A stretch of DNA of 63,834 bases, filler included, from Dimargaris cristalligena (taxonomy: Eukaryota), in the NCBI GenBank assembly GCA_003614675.1. It is 18 parts of 18 records of this genome, joined end to end, with 100 filler letters (N's around TTAATTAATTAA, not from the genome) between each part and the next. Parts side by side here need not be neighbours in the genome. Positions count along the whole stretch, not along the records: positions 49,795 to 53,232 come from ML003943.1; positions 53,333 to 56,767 come from ML003944.1; positions 56,868 to 60,301 come from ML003945.1; positions 60,402 to 63,834 come from ML003946.1; 14 more parts are not named here. The stretch is one strand, 5' to 3'. Shown one piece after another: positions 50,062 through 61,644 of this stretch. The notes beneath the pieces were generated by a model, which saw only the letters and a list, made by a program, of their open reading frames with translations, made no database searches and was not told where the DNA came from. Every line of letters begins with the position of its first letter. Positions within the stretch are counted from its first letter, which is position 1. Made by a program: the position numbers and the translations under genes.

Positions 50062-51429
50062 ACAGGGCTGAGGGATATGGGATGCTGGATAAAGGGATGG
50101 CCATAAATAAGTACTAATATACACCTACTAATAATATGAGAATGTAGATGGGCTTTTAAAGAAACTAAGGGGAAAATAGGCCATAAGGTCTTAGTAGGTC
50201 TTCACCTGGAGAGTAAATTTATATGCAAGGATGCTTCTATAAGGGGGTCATCCTAGAACTCCTAACATCAATATCAGTCAGACACCAATGGTATCCAAAA
50301 ATTACTCTTATAGGAACAGGAACAGTCCTTGGGTCAATGGTTGATAAGGAGTTATTGGGCAACTTGGCTCTGGTCTATGACCAAGAATTTACCCTTGGCA
50401 AGTTGATAAAAAAATTAGGAGAATAACATTGTACTGGAAATAACCCCTGGCTTTTAGACAAAAAGTACATGTATTGCTGCCTTGAATTCCTTGGGAATTT
50501 GTCCATGCTGACCATCATATGGGCAGCTCACAATGAAGAGGATTAACCTACTATAGCCCTATACACATGCCCTATCAGCTTTAAGGACCCTCTAATAAAT
50601 ACCACATCATTAGTTCTCTGATAGAAGCAGGGGAGTACTTTGAGGGAGTGGATTGGGGCCCTCACAGACCATATATATGTCAAGCATAGCCAAAGTGGTT
50701 GATAACATCTACATGCCTGATGGCTAATTAAGAATAAGGTTAATGTCTATACTAATTCAATTAGCATTAATATTATAAATTATAGTTGTATTAGTCTGCA
50801 TAGCCCCATTCTTAAAATACCAAACCAATTAATAAAGAAACAGCCAAGGGAATCGGAGGACATGAGAGTTCATTATTAATACCAATAAGCTGGAAATAAG
50901 GCGGGATTAAAAAAAAAGGTGGGGGGTGTATGAGGTGAAATGTAATCTAAGCCATGTAAACGAAAATACATGTAGGTGGGATAACGTAGGGAGTGCCGGT
51001 TAAACACTAAAACGAACCGGGTATTAGAATCCAATAATAAAAATCAAGGGCCATTAAAATTCCTCGGTGGTTAAATTTAGTTAGAAATGAATGACATGTA
51101 GTTATATATTTTTTTTAGAAAAATAAATATATCTATTTAAAAAAATAATAATTAAAAAACAGCCAAATAGCAAGGAGTAGTAGAGGTGAAGCGAGGTGAG
51201 GTTGAGAAACAAAGAGATGGAGCGATGAGAGCAGGGATATGTGAGAACAACAAATTAAAGGGAATAAATAGGTGAGGAGCAAAAAACAATTGGAGGGGAG
51301 AAGTAAGACAAGAAAGGGCTATCTCAAGGACTCTCCCTTCTCTCTGATCTACTACACCGAAGCCCACACACACACATTCCTACGACTACTACTACTACTC
51401 CTACTCCTCGTGTGATAACCGACCCCGCT

Positions 51430-52506
51430 TTATTCGCGTTTCTTGGCGGGGATAGCAGTAGCCGAAGTCGCTGGTCGCTCATCGGCATCCGATTCATCCG
51501 AACTACGATTATCGGCGGCCTCCTGGCCACTCACCACCCGTGAAATGACCCGAATGATCAGGACAAACCAGAAGATGATAATGATCTGCAGTAGGGCAAA
51601 CAGGAACAAAAAGAAGTACTGCATGTGGTCCGAATAATAGTATTCGCTCGGGGGGTCAAAAGCGCCGTGGATGATCCGCCGGGAATCGGCGTAGGTACTG
51701 TACACAATGACGCCGAATAAGATGTGCCGAGTGACGATCCAGACCAGCACGAACAGGCCGAACATGAAATCGCATAGGGTTTGGAAACCAATGTAGCGGA
51801 GGACCTTGGCACTGCACAGGAAGATATCGGCGAAATCCATGACACACAGCACGGCATTGCCGACCCGGGTGAAATGGGTGAAATACGATGATATGATCAA
51901 AGCGCACGTTATCACATGGTGGCACAGCATTTGCCAGTAGTCTTTGCGCTGCTCCTCGACCTGCAGGACAAAGAACTGCTGCAGCCAAAATGCCATGGAC
52001 CAGAGATAATACCGCTTGAAGCGACCGGTCATGTAAATGTGCGGGTAATCGATCCAGTATTGCTGGGTGTCGAACCAGTGTGGCAGCTCACTCATCAGGA
52101 GTAGACCCGCGGTCCATGACGAGGCGTAGAATATCACCAACCAAAGCTGTTCGCAGAAGCGGTCGATTTTAAACTTGTTTTTCAGTCCGTTCCAGGCGGC
52201 GAGGGGTTGGAGCACGTAGGTCATGATCGAGGCCCGGATGAGCGTGAAGCCGAGAATGCCGAACAGGACAAAGTAGAAGTCATCCCAGTGGTTGCGGTAC
52301 AGCGGGTCAGTCAACGGGGCCACGGGAGGACTGCCGGCGGGGAGGGCGTGGGAGGCGGCGGCGACGGCATCGGCGGTGGCGGCGGGACTGTAACCAGCGA
52401 GTTCGATGAACTTGGAGGCGCCCGGAACACCCAGCGCATAGCTCAGGAGAATCGCACCAATGAACGTGGCTGATAGCTCGATTTGGTTGTTCACGATGTA
52501 ACTCAT
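51430..52506 (-). CDS. LAG1: Ceramide synthase (TLC domain, LAG1/LAC1 family)
   Basis: Lag1 motif RKDYWQMLCHHVIT...GNAVLCVMDFADIFL, RFCEQLW, and C-terminal DNRSSDE. Likely start MSYIV at 52506. Confidence 0.92.
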   Translation of the reverse strand: MSYIVNNQIELSATFIGAILLSYALGVPGASKFIELAGYSPAATADAVAAASHALPAGSPPVAPLTDPLYRNHWDDFYFVLFGILGFTLIRASIMTYVLQPLAAWNGLKNKFKIDRFCEQLWLVIFYASSWTAGLLLMSELPHWFDTQQYWIDYPHIYMTGRFKRYYLWSMAFWLQQFFVLQVEEQRKDYWQMLCHHVITCALIISSYFTHFTRVGNAVLCVMDFADIFLCSAKVLRYIGFQTLCDFMFGLFVLVWIVTRHILFGVIVYSTYADSRRIIHGAFDPPSEYYYSDHMQYFFLFLFALLQIIIIFWFVLIIRVISRVVSGQEAADNRSSDESDADERPATSATAIPAKKRE

Positions 52507-54453
52507 GGCGGACACTCTGGGAATGAGGAGAGGGAGGGGGAGAAGGAGGAAGTGGGGGAGGTAGGAATGTGAAACGGGGGAGACTCTACGTAGGCACACC
52601 CCCTGGAAGGAAGAAAATAGAACTGGGGTGCGGTTATTAGGGGAATAAGGGATGAAGGAGAAAGGGAATGCCAAGAAGGGGATAAAAGTTATGGCGGTGG
52701 TTTAGGATGCCGTGACCTGGCGAAGAGAGGGTCAGTAGTAGTAGTAGTAGTAGTAGTAGCAGTAGTAAATTAGTAGTAGTATAGGATCAGCTAAGTGGTA
52801 TTAGCTTGGTAAGAAATAAGAAAGTCGCTTGACTCTCGGTATAAAACTGGACGGGATTAAAAGAAGGGCAACGACCGACCAACCAGTTAGATGGCTATGA
52901 AGGAGCAATGAGGAGGAGAAGGTGTGCTTAAAATAGGTCTCCAGCAAAGTTATATAATTAACTAACTAACTACCTAATTAATTATATAAATAAAGGAGAG
53001 CAGCCAGTCAGGAACTAATGAGTAGAAGTATAAGTAGGTGACAAACGAACGGAAAAACAAATGCCCGATACCTGCCTAGAAAAACAGACACCAAGTTATT
53101 GTAAGCCTACAACCACGGGGCGGGTGTATAGCGTTAGAAATGGAAACGGGTACGAGAGGAAGAACGCTATGTGATATTGTTACGTTTGGTCGTGGTGGAC
53201 TAGTATTTAGGGGAGCCGAGTAGGACGTAGGGNNNNNNNNNNNNNNNNNNNNNNNNNNNNNNNNNNNNNNNNNNNNTTAATTAATTAANNNNNNNNNNNN
53301 NNNNNNNNNNNNNNNNNNNNNNNNNNNNNNNNTTCTGGGACATATACTTCTTGACATAAATGTCTTTTAGATTGTAATATTACTTTTGAAATTGTAGAAA
53401 CCCCATCAGTGTCAGCAATGGGGAGGTGGCTTATAACATCAATTAAATTGAAATAGCCACTTTCCATTATGCTGTTTTTATTATATATTTTTTCAATTAA
53501 AAATTCAACCTGTATTTTAATTGCTATTTTACTAATCTAGAATTTATAGGATATTTCTTGCATCCCTCATATTTGTATTTTGAATGTTAATATCTCACAG
53601 ATTAAATGCCTTTTTGTATCCCGAAAATGAACAGCATGCTTTATCAGCTGCATCGAACCCCGAGTATACACAATTCGAGTTTCAGCCCATATCCACCCAC
53701 ATTCCGACTAGGCTTATGCCAGAACAATACGTCTGCTGCACTACTACTTCAATGAATTATTACGCGATAAGGAATTTCCTGTACATTATCCTCATCAACC
53801 CTCCAGCCACTTGTCAATATCTCAATGTAAGAGTAAATATTACTCTTCACATCATAGTATTGTTACTTCTAACCCAATTGCTGAGTGCAGTTCTATTGGG
53901 ACTAATGTGGCACCATACTTGGTAAATGGTAGTGTGCTTGGGGACCACAACAACCAGGGTGCTGGCTATCCAGAAACCCTGGTCATGGACAAAGTTGAAC
54001 CCCTGCCTAAAAAGCCATATATGTATCAGGGCCTTCCAACAACAATCTATATCCCTTCCTTGCTGACCCAATTTTCCAATCTTGCTTGTAACCCATACTC
54101 CCTCAAGTAGTCCTGGTCAGTCTACATCAGTGCCCATTGCAGATTCATTCATCTCCTTGGCATCAACATTCTAGGCTCACTCTCTTGGTATCAACTAGAT
54201 TTACCTTTCCGACCCATCTATAGCATCTCCACCTGTTCATCATAATGATAATCATCATTGTGTTATTTACCATTTTTGCCAAATAGCACCCCTCCATATT
54301 GACAACCCCAGCCCTCCATTTCCCCTCTGGATAGGCTATAATATTCAAGGTGTTTTCCTATAAAGCAACCTAGGGGCTGCAAAATTCAGTATTATTGGAC
54401 TATATTTTGTTGAATTATAAAAGCCATATTGTCTATTTATTTTTATCTATAAT

Positions 54454-55000
54454 TGTCGGCCCTCCCAATCCTACCTAAATGTTGAAGTACTGATTGTCCT
54501 GTCCTATCTTGCCTTATAGCACCATATTACCCCTCTTCTATCATATAACCCCTATGACTGGCCTCCAACACTTCACACATAACACTCCACTGGCTGATCT
54601 AACAACCCCCCTGGTTCCCATAAGAGTCCTCCAGAAGCAAGGACACCCAGTCAGACTCCTTCCTTCCTTAACTAGTCTTTATCATATTCCCCTTGGGACC
54701 TCTCATTACAAGTGGTCCCCATGCATAAATAGCCAGGCCCCTCTGGGACCAGCTAGTTCCTTAGCTTATTCTTACCCCTATAGTTTACCCCTAATAAACT
54801 CACTATACACTTACCCACTGCATTAACCAGTAAGTGTGCCCACTGCACAACCCTTGCATTAGCTACACTTCTCCTTTATTGGTTAGTACTGATCCCACCC
54901 TAATTCTAGTAGCCTGCTTAGCCAAGTCTAAGCCCCACCTACTGTTAGAAGCCTATCCCCAAGACTCTTGTTAGACTAAGAGGGGTCAACTTGGGTGACA
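54454..55000 (+). mobile_element. Solo LTR, family A
   Basis: Intact termini TGTCGGCC...GGGTGACA. Confidence 0.88.
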
Positions 55001-55730
55001 ATTAATAAAACTAACTATATAAAGTTTTTAACTAAAGTAATCCAATATGAAAAATACTTGTTTGGAAGCTCAAAAGGTTGGTCCTTGGCAACCACAACTT
55101 GAAGTATATAAACCAAATATCCACAGTAGTTATAGAGGCAGTTTTATTTTAAAAGAAATATGAAAGAAAATTGATACCCAAAATTTAATATAAAGAAATT
55201 AATACTTAAATTTGACATACAGAAAAAAAGAGGGGAAAAAGTTTCCCTTCTATATAAAAATATGCATACTAATGTATGTACCAATCACCTACATGCATAG
55301 CCCAACCAAGTACATCAATGGTGCATATTTAATCTAAAATAATGCTAAGACCTTTAGCTCTATAATAAAAAATACCAAGCTATTCTCTGTATAGGACTGA
55401 GAATTATTAAAACCAATAAGCCTATAGTAAACCTACATAACCAATTAAAAGGGGAAAGAGAATTCATAAAGTAGAACCTATAAAGTAAAGAATATAACTA
55501 AAGTGCTACTAATAATCATATATGAATATGCATATCTAATCATAGGGATAGTATGCATCCACCAATAGAAATAGAAATAAAATTGAAGGAAAAATTTATA
55601 TAGAAGGAATAGGTTAAAAGGGAAGGGAAAAAAACTGGATATACTAGATAAAAAAGCCACTTCATACCTTATATATAAATATAATAATAAAATAATAATA
55701 GTTTGTACCTATGGTAATCAAGGGGACACT

Positions 55731-56667
55731 CTACCTTGCCACAGTAGTGGCTTGGTGGGACTTGGGCAACACTAGGTGGTTCGGCCTACTGGGTCCCTGC
55801 TGGTAGTGGAGTTGTTCATTGATTATAAATGTCTGATTCTTCCCACAAAACTTGCAGAATGTCTGGTCTTCCATTGAGTCACATAGGTTCTTAATGTTAG
55901 GGCCCACCAGTTGGTCCTGGAGCATTAGGGTCAGGGGGACAGTTATAGCAAGGATGATAGCCTGTGCATCAGTGGAACCAAAGCCGGAGGGGCTGTATTC
56001 TGTTTCATCCAGGATGGCGGTTTCAAGCAGGAGAGGGGCCTCATATTGCTGGAAGATAAGCTGAGCAATATGGTCTCCCAGCTGGAAGTGGAGCATTTCG
56101 GTAATGAGGTTGTGTATGAGTACCTGGATTTCTCCATGGAAGTCAGCATCAATAGCCCTACCTCTGATGGCAATGCAGCACAGGCTCAGGGAGCTATATT
56201 CTCAGATAAGGGACACCATGGGTGGTTCTATTTGAAGGGCCCATCCTCTCACTACTTTGGTGTATTGGTGTAGTACTAGGTCAAATTCAGTGACACACAC
56301 AAGGTCATAGCCTGTGGAACTGGGGGTGGCCTACATGGGTAGGATGGCCTTTGGGTGGCAATGTTTGATGGTGAGCATGGGGGAGTTGGTCTTGGGGCCA
56401 ATGTAGCTGACCAGGGTTTTGTCCCGTAAGTCTACCACCTGCAGGGTAGCTAGCCAAGATAGTCCATCAGCATTACTGTGCACTCAGCTGGGGCAGTTTT
56501 GGATAGCAAAATTGTATTCCTATAGAGTTAGATACCAGTATTTAAGGCAGCCTAAATGTGGGGTGGTGGAGCAGAGCCATTGTAGTGGTATGTGGTCTGT
56601 TTCAATAGTAAAATACTGTCTGTACAGGTATGGCCAGAACTTTTTTAGTGCAAATAGGATTGCTAGG
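55731..56667 (-). pseudogene. Degenerate Ty3/gypsy pol fragment: RNase H, dUTPase, pre-integrase linker
   Basis: RNase H LAILFALKKFWPYLY...TDHIPLQWL...HSNADGLS, then dUTPase STGYDL, RIAP, GDHIAQLI, SGFGST, then HLVLP. Several stops and frameshifts. Confidence 0.85.
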
Positions 56668-56767
56668 TGTGGTGAACTTACCACATTTTTTACCTACTTT
56701 TATTTTTAATCCATTTTTCGCACTTATTGGAAGTATGCCCCTGATGAGTGAATGAGCCCCTGCCCCT
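56668..56767 (-). repeat. LTR family B end inserted into the RNase H of the dUTPase element
   Basis: TGTGGTGAACTTACC is the reverse complement of the family B 3' end and interrupts coding sequence. Confidence 0.75.
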
Positions 56768-56867
56768 NNNNNNNNNNNNNNNNNNNNNNNNNNNNNNNNN
56801 NNNNNNNNNNNTTAATTAATTAANNNNNNNNNNNNNNNNNNNNNNNNNNNNNNNNNNNNNNNNNNNN

Positions 56868-57016
56868 ACAATATAATAATGAAAATGGAGGAAAAATGAC
56901 CATACTCATCAGGGGCAGGGGCAGGGGCTCATTCACTCATCAGGGGCGTACTTCCAAAAAGTGCAAAAAATAGATCAAAAATAAAAGCAGGTAAAAAATG
57001 AGGTAAGTTCACCACA
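56868..57016 (+). repeat. LTR family B, 3' end
   Basis: Matches 3593-3726. Confidence 0.75.
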
Positions 57017-60000
57017 GACTAGACTAGAAATGGTCAAAACTTCAGCAGTCAAGGGATATTTCCCAGTTTAAAAAACTACTAAGGGAAAAAACCTAGCCAT
57101 CCCCCAAACAATCAACCAGGATCAGCACTGACCAGCTAATTACAGCTGACTAATACCCCACAATAGGCCTGGGGTAAGTGGCCCTATCACAGATGACTGA
57201 ACACTACAGGAAACTGGACAACAGGATTGCTCCCAAGGGCTGCTTATTCCACTTTCACCCCCAGTGGCTCTGATTAACCAAGGACCCCTGGGTACACCAG
57301 GTTATCCAATTTGGGTATCAGGTAATATGGAAATCCACCCCCATATAGGAGATACCCCAACCTTTCCATACCACAACCATCAACTAGGCCAGGATCACCA
57401 AAGTAATTAATAAATTATGCCAGTGCCAGGCCCTGGAACTAGGCAAGACCAACCAGCAAGGCTACTACTCAAACCTGTTTATAAAATAGGAAGTGGACAA
57501 ATGATGACCACTAGTGGATTTGCACCAAATCAACTAATTCATTTGTATTCCCCAGTTCAAAATGGAGGGTCTAACTGTATTCAACTCCATGGTTACCCCT
57601 GGGGCTTAATTGACTAAGGTGGATATCAAGGATGCCTACTTAACAGTCCCTATCCACCAGGATTCCCACCCATTCCTTTCCATACAATGCTAGGGCCAGG
57701 TATACCAGTACTGGTCCCTACCTTTTGGCCTGGCTACAGCCCCAGTGGTTTTTTCCCGGGTCATGAAGACTGCCATCAAACCACTTCAGGCCCAGGGAAT
57801 TGTATTATCCTATTACCTAGGCAATATAGCCATTATATCCCCATCATTTACCAAGGTGCAGAGGGATTTGGCCATAGTTTTAGGTCATCTACAAACCCTG
57901 GGGTTCCCTATCAACTGGAAGAAATTAATTCTGACCCCCACCCAGTAGATGGACTTCCTGGGGATGACTATCAATATCCAGCAGATGCAGATATTCCTAC
58001 CCAATAAGAAATGTCAATCAATCCTGTGGGGCTGCCAGTTATTTCAAGCCCAAATAGTCCCTGCCTACAAGATGGCCTCTATCTTGGGTACCCTAACTTC
58101 AGCTCTACCAGTAGTACCCAATGGACTAATCCACCTACACCAACTCCAGTGCTGCTTGATCCAGCAGAACCAGACATGGACTGAGCCCATTCAAATCGAA
58201 CCCTGGGCCCAGCTGGAGTTAGAATGGTGGGTCCAACAAGTGCAGACCAATTTGGGGATACCCCTGCACAAGGACCTACAGCCTACTATGACCATCTTCA
58301 CAGATGCATCCGAAACAGGCTATGGGATTGTGAGCCTGATCCTCCATTAGGCTGGACTCTGGTCCCCTACCAACCAGTTATAAACCATCAACTGGAAGGA
58401 ACTCAAGGTGGTTGAACTGGCTATTAATCAACTACCAGCTCAGATTTGGGACCAGTCCCTACTACTTCAGACAGACAATACTACTGTCCTAAAGTATATC
58501 AATCGGCAGGGGGGTACTCGAGTACCAACCCTACAATCACTAGCCCTTGCGATTTCCAATAAATTAACCTACCAAAAATTAACTCCAAGGGCAGTGCATA
58601 TCCTAGGCAACTATAATACCAAAGCCAATCAGTTGAGCAGGATAACCCCAGCCTACCAGGAATTAGTACTCCCAGCCCCATTATCCCAGCACCTGAATTC
58701 GAAATGGGGGCCACTGAGGATTGACCTCTTTACCAGTCCCCTCAATCGTCAACTTCCCCAGTATTATTACCTTTATCCCCACCGGCAGAAACCTTTGAAG
58801 GATATGTTTCAATTTCCTTAGCCTCAGGAAAACGCCTATGCCTTTCCACCATGGAACCAGATCCACTATGTGATCAATTGGGTTCTGCAATGCAAATTGA
58901 CCCTGATCCTAGTAACCCCATATTGGTGGACCCAATCCTGGCTTCCTTGCCTACTCCCGATAGTTGTAGATTATCCACTATTACTACTGACCCCACAGCT
59001 CCTGTTAATTGCCTAGAAGATATCAGGGCAATCCTCAAAAAGCAGGGTATTTCGCTGGCAATTGCCACCAGTGTCTGCCAGGGACTGCGTAACAATACTA
59101 ACAAGGCCTACCAGTATGCCTGGCAAAAGTTTGCCCATTGGTGCCTATCTCAGCAAAAGAATCATTGCTAACTGGATGCCTTAAACCTGTTAAATTATCT
59201 GCCTGGACTTTCCAAAATGGCCAGTATCCATACCATCAAACTCCACAAGGTGGCTATTATTTCTACCTGGGACATCAGGTACCCAGGTCATCCAGTATCA
59301 AAACACCAACATCTCAATCTATTTGTACGAAGCTTGGGCCGTTTAGTGTGGCCTACTGAGAAACCCCCCATCTGGTGGGTGGAACAGCTTATTGACCATT
59401 TGGCCAACCTTCCGGATAATGATGCATTGCTGTAGCACCGACTCTGCCAGAAAGTCTTGGCCATACTATGTCTAACCACCATGTGGCGACCGCGTAGCGA
59501 TTTTGCCCAAGTAACCCTGGATTCTGTAACTTTTCACCAGGAGAGTGACCAGCCTGAGGTCATCATGATTACGGCATACCATGCCAAAGAGGGTAAACAA
59601 AAATCGATCAATATCCAGGCCTTGGAAGATAGTTCCCGACTATACCTGGTCCGTAATACCCGGTTTTACATTGACAAGCCCTATACCTTCCGTCAACCTA
59701 AAGAACAGGCCCTATTCATTACCAAGCGGGGCCATATGGCGTCGGAGGATACTCTGGGTAACTGGATCAAATCCCTGTTACAGGAGGCCCAGATCGATAC
59801 CAACGTCTTTTTGGCCCATTCCATTCGGGCTGCCGCGTCTACAGCGGCCTACCAACTCAGGTTTAGCCAGGAAGATATTATGAAAGCTGCCAATTGGCGC
59901 GTCTGGACTACGTTTATGGACTATTACAACCGGCCAACTCCGCATAAGAATGTGGCCCGATCGGTCCTGACGAATTATTCCCATGATAGAAGGGGTAATA

Positions 60001-60301
60001 ATGATTAAACGAGCCTGCGACGTTTAATAGGGCGATTACCTCTTCTATCATCGAATCCCACCCTAATTATTAGCAAACTAACCAATCATCGAACTAGTAT
60101 TATTCTATCATCGAAATTCATTATTTTATTATTAATATTATTAGCAAATTACTTCATCGAGCCCGTCCCCATCTTATTAATTGTTTTTCTGGACTTAAGT
60201 TCCGGCCTTGAAAAGGGTCTATAGTACTACCAGGGCGGGTGAGGCCTGCCATATATACCCAAGGGCATATAGGGGCCTCGGAAAAATTACTAAATAAAGC
60301 A
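57017..60301 (+). mobile_element. DIRS-type tyrosine-recombinase retrotransposon (RT, RNase H, methyltransferase-like, YR), decayed
   Basis: RT FKMEG, DIKDAY, LPFGLATAP, YLGN (decayed YLDD). RH TDAS, TDNTT, INRQGG. MT-like IDLF...N...AFPPW...TPYW. YR R...HSIR...ANW...YY overlapping in another frame. Many stops. Confidence 0.93.
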
Positions 60302-60401
60302 NNNNNNNNNNNNNNNNNNNNNNNNNNNNNNNNNNNNNNNNNNNNTTAATTAATTAANNNNNNNNNNNNNNNNNNNNNNNNNNNNNNNNNNNNNNNNNNN
60401 N

Positions 60402-60555
60402 ATCTATCTTTTCATTTAGGCTTCCTCTTTTGAGTATAAATACTCCCCCTTACTGCCACCTCTTGGAACAGTAAGTCTATTATCACCTTTCCCTTCTTAT
60501 GATCTATTTTTCAAATAAACTTCAGTTTTCAAAGATTTGATTTCAGTTCTTTACA
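60402..60555 (+). repeat. LTR family C 3' end, nested in a family A LTR
   Basis: Ends TTCTTTACA and is followed by mid-family-A sequence. Confidence 0.75.
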
Positions 60556-60964
60556 CCAACAACTCTTCTGGTTACCCTCAGAGTCTTCCAGATACTTGCA
60601 GCCATCTAGTTAGCCTATTTACCTATACCTTAGTCTTAGTAGTATCCTTCCCTTAGGACCTTCCTCTGGAGTCACCCTCATGTATATATAACTGGGCCCC
60701 ATTGGGACTAGTTAGATTCTTTAGCTTATTCCTACCCCCTAGTTTACCCTAATAAACTCTATATATGATTACCCCCTCTTGTACTGACTAGTAAGTGTGC
60801 CTGCTGTACATCCCTTACCTATACCTATACCTAGCCTTTATTAGTTAGTACTGGGCCTTGCACCTAATACTAGTAACCCACTTAGCCAAGCCTAAGCCCT
60901 GCCTACCATCAGAAACCCATCCTTGGGACTCTTAATGGACTAAGAGTGGTTAACCCAGGTGACA
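60556..60964 (+). mobile_element. LTR family A, 3' portion
   Basis: ACAACTCTTCTGG...TAACCCAGGTGACA. Confidence 0.85.
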
Positions 60965-61644
60965 GAAGGAATGAGGGGATGAGGGGATAGATGGATAGAT
61001 GGGTGTGTATGGGCTTCTGTACTTTGTTAAGCTTCTATAAGTAAATAAGGTTTTGTACTATGGTTATTTATAGTAATAAAGTTCACAGGACTCATAACCT
61101 GTTAGAATATTAATGGGATGGTAAAACACAAGCTTTATTGAATCGAAATGGAATTACTAGTAAAAGTCAAAATGAATCATGAAGAAAACCACAATTAGAA
61201 ATAACAACTTCAATTGAGTTGTTTTATTGAATAGAGACCGCGCCCATAAGAATGAAAGGGGACGTGGTTATGGAGGGAGAATAAAATACCACCCAAAGGA
61301 GCTATGAGGGAATCGTGTTAGGTCACGTGATTTCTAACATCTGCAACTGGTGCTACCTACAAAGTCGGCAATTGTCCTGAAAAGAAACGAATTAACTGAC
61401 TATATATAAATAACTATATGGCTCTTCCTTCTTAGTTTTACCCCCAATACTTCACTTAAACCACACCATCTTTGAGTATGACACTTGTACGGACCACTTC
61501 TTAAAAAGTCTGCTTTTATCTAAAAATACTTTAACTAATATATGACCTGGGATTAGGTTAAATAACTAAATAACGAATGTGTGAATATATGTTTTCAAAA
61601 GATGGAGGTGGTTGTATCAACAATGGGGTCTCATGGCCGAATTT

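Noticed and set aside
50200..50750. Integrase remnant on the minus strand
   Set aside because: Only a faint resemblance to the YHPQTNG region; too decayed to support.
59967..60116. Hammerhead ribozyme (CTGACGA ... CGAAA)
   Set aside because: The bases flanking the core do not close stem II, and no stem I/III with a UH site could be built.
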